From assembly GCF_009914755.1 (NCBI RefSeq), contig NC_060944.1: a DNA stretch of 64,000 nt; one strand, 5' to 3'. The stretch comes from the human T2T-CHM13v2.0 reference genome, Homo sapiens. Below are positions 55,660 through 64,000 of the stretch, one piece after another (position 1 is the stretch's first letter; each line of letters opens with the position of its first letter). The notes beneath the pieces are model-generated. The model saw nothing but the letters and a program-made list of their open reading frames with translations, had not been told where the DNA came from and ran no database searches. The position numbers were made by a program, and so were the translations under genes.

Positions 55660-56480
55660 GTGATTGTCTTTGTAAAGAATGTGCCAAAATACACATAACA
55701 GAAAACTTACCATTTCAACCACTTTTTTTTTTTTTTTTTGAGGCAGGCCCAGGCTGGAGTGCAGTGGTGCAATCACAGCTCACCGCAGCCTTGACCTCCC
55801 AGGTTCAAGCAATCCTCCCGCCTCAGCCTCCCGAGCAGCTGAATTACAGGCCCGCACCACCACGCCCGGCAAATTCAGCCATTGTTAAGTGTGCTTTTCA
55901 GTGGCATTAAGGACATTCACAATGTTGTGCAACCATCACCACCATGTACTTCCAGAATCTTTTCAATTTGTCAAAACACACCTTGTACCTGTAAGCCATC
56001 ACTCCCAAACCCCGCCCCCAGCCCCTGGCAACTACCAATCGACTTGTTGTCTCCGTGGCTTTGCAGTTTCTGACATTTCATGAAAGTGGAATCACAAGTG
56101 CCCTCCGTGTCCGGCCTCTTCCACAGAGCGTTGAGTTTTCAAGGTTCGTCCCTGTTGTAGCAGGAATCCGTGCTTCACTTAGGCTGCAAGGGCGTACCGT
56201 GGCATGGAGGCACCTATGGGTGGACGGCGTTTCGCTGGTCTGTCCTGGGCTGAGGGCTGAGGGCTGGACACCCCCACCTGGCTCCCGTGTCCTGTTGAAG
56301 AGGTGTCGAATCTTCGCCGCTCTCGAGATGCACGTGTGCAGCTTTGGCCGATCCCCTGTTTTCAGCTGCAACTGTCTCCCGAAGTCACAGATTCCCCCTT
56401 GGTCTTTGGTGTGCGGGGAGGGCTACAAATCCTCCCCAAGAATGCCCACCCTGCCCCCGACTGGGGCAGATTCTGGTTAT
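55660..56480 (-). mobile_element. L1MB-like fragment with an inserted Alu monomer (55722-55872)
   Basis: Same L1M 3' phrases as at 41290; T-tract plus Alu arm in the middle. Confidence 0.65.
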
Positions 56481-58447
56481 CCATAGGAGGCCCCTCCTGC
56501 CAGGACAGGGCGCATCCTCTCCGCCTCCTGACCTCCCTGCCCTGTCCTGGGCTGGAGCAGCCAAGCCCTGAGCTGGCGAAGCAACTCGAGCTCTTTGCAG
56601 GAGTGGCCGGGTGTGAGCATATGCGTGGCCGCCCGAGTCTCCAGCTAGTCCCCCTGCCATACTACTAAATATTTTAGCAAATAAAAATTTTTTAAACGTG
56701 CGGCCAGATGTCCAGGTTGACAAAGTGCTTAAGGCGTTTGACTGATAAAAAGCTGGAACCCTTGGTAAATGGGGATTTAAAACAAGCCCTGAGGCAAGTG
56801 TGTGATATTAAAAACATCCTGGGCTCTTTTGTGCAGGGCCCGGGTGCACAGAGGCTTGAAGGCGAGCGTCCATCTGTCGCCGCCGTGTGTCCTGACACTC
56901 AACAAAGCTGGATCTTGGAGCGGTGGCTGCTCAGCAGCAGGCCTGGGTGGCTGGGCGCACGCTCACCACAAAGGAGGTGCCATCAATATTCATGAGCTGG
57001 GCCTGCGTGGCTGGGTTTACAGAGAGGACGAGGCAGCCACAGGCCAGACACCTCTCCGTGGCACTGGTTCTGGGCCTTGGCTGGCAGGGAGGAACAAGTT
57101 CTGCCTCCAGAGTCCCTGTGAGCCTCCGAGAAACAGGCCAGGACTCTACAGAGGCCACAGTTCTGGAATGGATGAGGGGTAGAGATCAGCCCAGGCTCCA
57201 TGCGAAGCCAGAGGCTCCCCAGACTGAGAGGAAGCGAGGGAGAGAGAAGGCCCTGGAAGGATGAGAGGCCCTGGGAGGGAGGCCCAGGCCCACACAGGCA
57301 CCCTTTGCAAACAAAAAAAGCAGAAAAGCTGAGAACAATGAGGGAGAACACCTGTCAGAATCCGTGAAAAGCCTGACCTCAGCTGTTTTTAATGCAGAGG
57401 TTGATTTTCACACAATGCTTGCCAAGTGGGTGGAGGCCCCAGGGGACTGATGGGAGTCCAGGACAGGGGACATCATCGACACACAGAGACGCTGGTCCTT
57501 TGTGGTCTGACCTGTCCATCCATCACACTCTGATTTGCTGATTTCAGCCAGTATCACCAGGGCTTCGCGCAGGGTCTACAGCGCTCTCCTGAGGCCCTCC
57601 CCAATCATCTTATGCCATCCTGACACGGACCACATGGAGGACTGGTGCCTTAAGAGGCGGGGCCCGGGCGGGCTGGGGAGGACTCCAGCGTCTGGAAAAG
57701 GCCTGGCCTCAAGGGAGTCCTGGCCCCGGCTTCCCCGGCATCTGAGCATCTGAGAAAGGCCACTGCACGTGGTTCTCAGGCTGCCGCAAGGACTCCGGGG
57801 ACACATTTAGCTCCAGGGCCTGGCGCCTGAACCAGGGTCCAGTCTGGACCTGGGAGCTGGCTGACATGGGTGAGGCCACCCCAGTTCCCCGCCCGTCTTG
57901 GTCCCAGAGTCCTTCTGAGAGGACCCGCTGCCCACACTCGTCTGGGGTGGATGGAGGCAAGTGTCTCCTTCCTGATGTTAGAACACGAAACCTGACAGGT
58001 GCTTGGACCTGGGGGTGAGGTGGCCCCTGCTCAGGTGAGGTGCTCAGGAGAGGCAGGCACCAGGCAGTCCCTCGGGGCCCCACAACCACAGTCTTTCATG
58101 CAAACTTGTTGATCTTGACACCTGCTTGGCCCAGCTCTGTCAAAGTCCCTCTCCCTGGTTTCTGCCCAGGCAGGCTAGGGGACACCACAGGTCATCTCTT
58201 CACAGGAGCTGGCGCTGTGGGAGGTGAGACCTTCCAACCTGCGTCCAGCCCTCTGCTGGACCTTGTCAGGCCTGAGGACACCTCTCCTAGGCCTAGAAAT
58301 GACCTACAGTGAGGAAACCTGGGGAGAGGGGCCGGGGAGCAAGAGCAGGCACTTCGGGCTCTGAGGATGAGGTGGGATGGAGGAGAGCCTGGGGCTGTGC
58401 AGCAGGGCAAGTGGTATTGTGCAGCTGGGCAGTGGGACAGAACAGGT

Positions 58448-59175
58448 GGACTGGGGTGCAGGTGGACTGGGGTACAGTGGGAAGGGGGCATAGGTGGGCA
58501 GAGGGTGCAGGTGGTCAGTGGTGCAGGTGGGCACTGTTCAGGTGGGCAGAGTGCTGGTGGGTAGGGGTGCAGGTGTGCAGGGGGTGCAGGTGGGCGGGGA
58601 TGCAGATGGGTGGGAGTGCAGATGGGCAGAGGTGTAGGTGGGTGCAGTACAGGTGGGAAAAGGGTGATGGGGCAGAGGGTGCAGGTGGGCAGAGGGTGCA
58701 GGTGGGCGGGGGTGCGGGTGGGCGGGGGTGTGGGTGGGTGGGGGTGCTGGTGGGCAGAGGGTGTAGGTTGGCAGAGGGTGCAGGTGGGCGGGGGTGCGGG
58801 TGGGCGGGGGTGCGGGTGGGCGGGGGTGCAGGTGGGCGGGGGTGCGGGTGGGCGGGGGTGCAGGTGGGCGGGGGTGCGGGTGGGCGGGGGTGCAGGTGGG
58901 CGGGGGTGCGGGTGGGCGGGGGTGCAGGTGGGCGGGGGTGCGGGTGGGCGGGGGTGCGGGTGGGCGGGGGTGTGGGTGGGTGCAGTACAGGTGGGAAAAG
59001 GGTGATGGGGCAGAGGGTGCAGGTGGGCAGAGGGTGTAGGTTGGCAGAGGGTGCAGGTGGGCGGGGGTGCGGGTGGGCGGGGGTGCGGGTGGGCAGAGGG
59101 TGTGGGTGGGCAAAGAGTGCGGGTGGACTAGGGTGCAGGTGGGCAGGGGTGCAGTTGGGCAGGGGGTACAGGTGG
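58448..59175. repeat. G-rich 16-bp minisatellite (GGTGGGCGGGGGTGC(A/G)) with higher-order duplication
   Basis: Dozens of units; a ~59-bp block is repeated at 58640 and 58978. Confidence 0.95.
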
Positions 59176-60421
59176 CTGGAGTCTGACATGGGGGTGATGT
59201 AGGCATGGGGGTGCAGTGGCCTGTGGGTGTAATTCTCCACTCTGCCCTTTATTCAAATGCAAATGTCCAGCCCTGTGAGTTCAGAGCCTTGGAACTAGGA
59301 AACTGATTTTAACAGGGGAAAATGTGACCCTAGAACAGGACTATCCTCCTGAACACTGTGCCAGTTGGTGTCTGCGAACTCCGCCCTGTTGTGCATTCTC
59401 ACTTCTAAGAGGGTGTCCACCCCTCCTGGGTGTCTGTGGGCCTCATCTGCTGAGCCCAGGGGTGGCAGGAGCCACGTCTTCACCGTCATTTCACAGACCA
59501 GGATACGGAGGCTCACAGTAGTCAGCGGCTTGCCTGGTCTCTCGGGCATTGGTTCAGGCTCTGGCCCCTGCCTTGCAGGGATGCCCCAGTCTCCTATCCC
59601 AGCCTGCACCCTCCTGGGGGCCACGCCAGCATGGTGGGGCGAGAGGGTTCTGCAGAGAGAGCCTGGGGGCACGTTTGGGATCTTAGCCCTCTAGTGCCCT
59701 TCCATTTTCTACTGGGGCAAGGAGCGTGAGGCTCCAGCATCCCCTCCAGAACGTTCTTGTGGAAGCTCCGCTTTGTTTCAGAACAATGGAAGCTTAACAT
59801 AAATATGCAGAGGAAATGTGACGTCACAGTTTTTATTGGGACCTGGAATCACTCCTGTGATAGAGTCATTACCTGGGTTAAGCTCATTAAGTTAATTAAC
59901 GTGAGCGTTATTATTGCTGATAAAAGATAGTCTCAGGGGATTGGTAGAGCCAGCGTAGCATGCAGGGGTGGGCACAGGGGGGATGGGGATGGGGGACTCA
60001 GCAGAGACAGCTGGGGGACCCGGGGACCCCTGCTAAAGCTGCAAAACACAATCACATTCTCACACCCGGGCTGCCCCCACCCTGAGGACACGGGTGAACA
60101 CGGAGCTCGGGGGACACGACCATCCAGCGTCATGAAAGCCAGGCGTGCGAGCCAACTACTTGTACCTGCAGGACAGGAACAGTGAGGATAGAGCGATGGG
60201 CACAGACCTCACCCCGAGGACAGAGGTCATTGTCACCAAAGACCCCCGAGAGAGGACGGCGATTGGTCTTGAAGGGTCGATGATGGACATTCCTTCGTAT
60301 GTGGCCCCTCTTTTGGGATGTTCGCTTCTAACTCCAGAGCTCGGAGACTCATCTGAAGGTTGAATTTAGACCCCATCATTATTTTTACATGTGTGGAAGG
60401 ATCTTTGGGTGGTTTTCTTTA

Positions 60422-61511
<1,090 letters not shown>

Positions 61512-62140
61512 GGTCAGAGGGGCTCAAAGCAGAATGAGTCCATCTTGAGTAGGGAGTGGGTAAAATGAGGCTCAGACCTGCTGTGCTGCACTCCCAGGGG
61601 TGAGGCATTCGGAGTCACAGGATGAGATTGGAGGTCGGCAGGACTGGTATCACAAGATGCAGGTCATAAAGACCCTGCTGGTAAACAGGATGTGGTAGAG
61701 ATGCCGGCCAAAACGACCAAAACCAAGACGGTGAGAAGAGTGGCCTCTGCTCACCCGCCCTGCTCATTACACACTAATTATAATAGGTTAGCGGCTAAAA
61801 GACGCTCCTGCTAGTGCCATGGCAGTTTACAGATGCCACGGCAACATCAGGAAGTTACGCTATATGGTCCAAAAAGGGGAGGAACCCTCAGTTCTGGGAA
61901 TTGCCCACCCCTTTCCCAGAGAACTCATCAATAATCCACCCCTTGCTTAGCATATAATCAAGAAATACGTGTAAGTGACCTTAGTCAGCAGCCCATGCGG
62001 TGGCTCTGCCTATGGAGTCCCCGTTCTTTTGTTCTTTTACTTTCCTAATTTACTTTCACTTTATGGACTCGCCGCAAATTCTTTCTTGCATGAGACCCAA
62101 AAACCCTTTCTTGGGGTCTGGATCGGGACCCCTTTCCCTG
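61512..62140 (+). mobile_element. MER41B-like ERV1 solo LTR
   Basis: GTCAGAGG...CCATCTTGA.TAGGG..TGGGTAAAATGAGGCT...CAGTTC.GGGAATTGCCC...GGGGTCTGGATCGGGACCCCTTTCC follows the recalled MER41 consensus end to end. Confidence 0.85.
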
Positions 62141-62238
62141 CTCGTCTTCTCTGCATCAGCCCAGACCCCACACCTGTTTCCTGGCGTGGACATGGAGGAC
62201 TGAGGCCATCCTCCCAGCCACTGACACACGCCCCTTCT

Positions 62239-62676
62239 GGGGTGGCCCGGCTGGCATTGCCTTCTCCTAACGTTCCCGGGGTGGCCCGGCTGGCATTGCC
62301 TTCTCCTAACGTTCCCGGGGTGGCCCGGCTGGCATTGCCTTCTCCTAACGTTCCCGGGGTGGCCCGGCTGGCATTGCCTTCTCCTAACGTTCCCGGGGTG
62401 GCCCGGCTGGCATTGCCTTCTCCTAACGTTCCCGGGGTGGCCCGGCTGGCATTGCCTTCTCCTAACGTTCCCGGGGTGGCCCGGCTGGCATTGCCTTCTC
62501 CTAACGTTCCCGGGGTGGCCCGGCTGGCATTGCCTTCTCCTAACGTTCCCGGGGTGGCCCGGCTGGCATTGCCTTCTCCTAACGTTCCCGGGGTGGCCCG
62601 GCTGGCATTGCCTTCTCCTAACGTTCCTGGGGTGGCCCGGCTGGCATTGCCTTCTCCTAACGTTCCTGGGGTGGCC
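62239..62676. repeat. VNTR, 11 near-identical copies of 39 bp
   Basis: GGGGTGGCCCGGCTGGCATTGCCTTCTCCTAACGTTCCC x11 plus a partial unit. Confidence 0.98.
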
Positions 62677-63629
62677 TCCAAGGTGCTTGTGACTTTCAGG
62701 AGAGCCCAGCAAGGCCACCCTCCGTGCTCCTTGGTCTGAGCATCCTGAGGTGGAGGGTGCATGACCTTCTGTTCAAGAATGCAAATGCCTGGACCAGGAG
62801 AGTGTCGGTGTGTGCCAGAGAGCCGCCTCCCTGCATACTTTCCACCCCAGGCAGGGGCTGCCTCTATGGGGCCAGCCGGGAGACTTGCCTGCAGCTGCCT
62901 TGGGCCCTGAGTTCCGGCTCCTCCGAAAGCAGCGGGAGGCCCTGGGTCTCCTTCACCCGCCACCACCCCATCTGCAAGACGGGAACGAGAGCCTGGCTTC
63001 GTGGCTTGCACTGCGGAGTGCTTAGGACCTGACCCACCCAATCTCCACAGCTCTTCACAGCCTGTGAACGTGGTAAAACGCGTGATTAGGTTAAGGGTCC
63101 CAGCGGGGAGTGCGCCGGCTTGTGGGCACTTAGTACCTGAGCCCACCCAACCTCCAACAACTCCACAACGGCGGTTCCTGAGCTGGGCTATAGAGCGATC
63201 AGTCCCTCACCCACCTCATCTCCAACACCTCCACGGTAGGGGCTCCTGAGCCAGGCTGCTGAGCACTCAGTACCTGATCCACCCAATATCCAACACCTCC
63301 ACAGTGGGGGCTCCCGTGCCGGGCTGCAGAGGCCCACAGGACCACACAAGGGTCTCTGTGCCCAATTTCTGAGCACCCTGGCTGGCTGACCTGTGGGGTG
63401 GGGGCAGCTTTGCTGCCATGCACACTTGATGGAATTTCATACTGACAGCTCGCCCACCCTCTCCTCTCATTCCTCTGGGAGAAAAAAACTTACACGAAAG
63501 ATGTGAACAGGCCCAAGTGGAAAGGAAAGCCGCCACCCCAGGAGGATGCCAAAGGGCGTGGGGGCACACGTCCACGCCGCAGCCCAAGTTTAGGATTTTT
63601 CACGGCAGGTGCTGCTTTCATCTTCTGGA

Positions 63630-63800
63630 ACTGCCACCGTGAAGTACCACAAACTGGGCAGCTTAAAACAAGAGAAACTGATCCCCTCATGGTCCCGGAG
63701 GCCAGAAGCCCCAAATCAAGGTGTGGGCAGGGCATGAGTCCTCCTAGGGGGATTCTCCTTGCCTCTTTCTGCATCTGGTGGTGGCCGTCAATCCCAGCTC
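63630..63800 (-). mobile_element. MLT1 LTR fragment
   Basis: AAGTACCACAAACTGGGCAGCTTAAAACAA...GGAGGCCAGAAGCCCCAAATCAAGGTG. Confidence 0.7.
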
Positions 63801-64000
63801 CCAGCACTGCAAGCTGCTGGCAAAGGCCAGGAAGTCAGAGATGGAACCTGAGCTGCTGCTCAGAGGAGCCGGGCTCAGTCACACACACGATGCAGACAGT
63901 TCCCAGATCGACTAAGGAAGCAAGTAGCCAGAAGCACTGTTTGCAACAGGCTGTCATTCTGCTTTTTAGGGAAGGGATATTTACTCAGATACACACTGTC

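Noticed and set aside
58309-59240. Pro/His- and Gly-rich ORFs of 220-300 aa
   Set aside because: Translation of the G-rich minisatellite
61975-62739. 254-aa plus-strand ORF as a CDS
   Set aside because: GTG start within an LTR, no in-frame ATG, mostly VNTR

Overview
Human (primate) genomic DNA that I recognise from protein sequences and gene order as the DIDO1-GID8-SLC17A9 locus (chr20q13.33). 1-10 kb: intron 1 and the non-coding first exon of DIDO1 (minus strand), sharing a bidirectional CpG-island promoter (~9.4-10.7 kb) with GID8. 10.2-20.6 kb: GID8/TWA1. Its four coding exons join in frame to 228 aa (LisH-CTLH-CRA), followed by a ~3.5 kb 3'UTR with three candidate poly(A) signals. 24.7-40.7 kb: SLC17A9/VNUT. 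Thirteen coding exons join in frame to 436 aa, and an alternative first exon gives 430 aa. 40.7-64 kb: no credible protein-coding gene. This part is GC-rich and holds Alu, L1, MLT1 and MER41 elements and many minisatellites. It also has a series of short AT-rich islands packed with homeodomain/POU/SOX/CRE motifs, which look like a developmental enhancer archipelago. From memory of gene order these could serve BHLHE23, outside the window. I saw no rRNA, tRNA, CRISPR array or novel multi-gene protein system, and the long ORFs outside the exons derive from repeats. The best leads are regulatory: the enhancer islands, a MER41B-like LTR with a GAS site, motif-carrying intronic VNTRs in SLC17A9, DIDO1 uORFs and a second promoter, and duplicated hairpins in the GID8 3'UTR. 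Repeat family names and boundaries were assigned by eye and are approximate.
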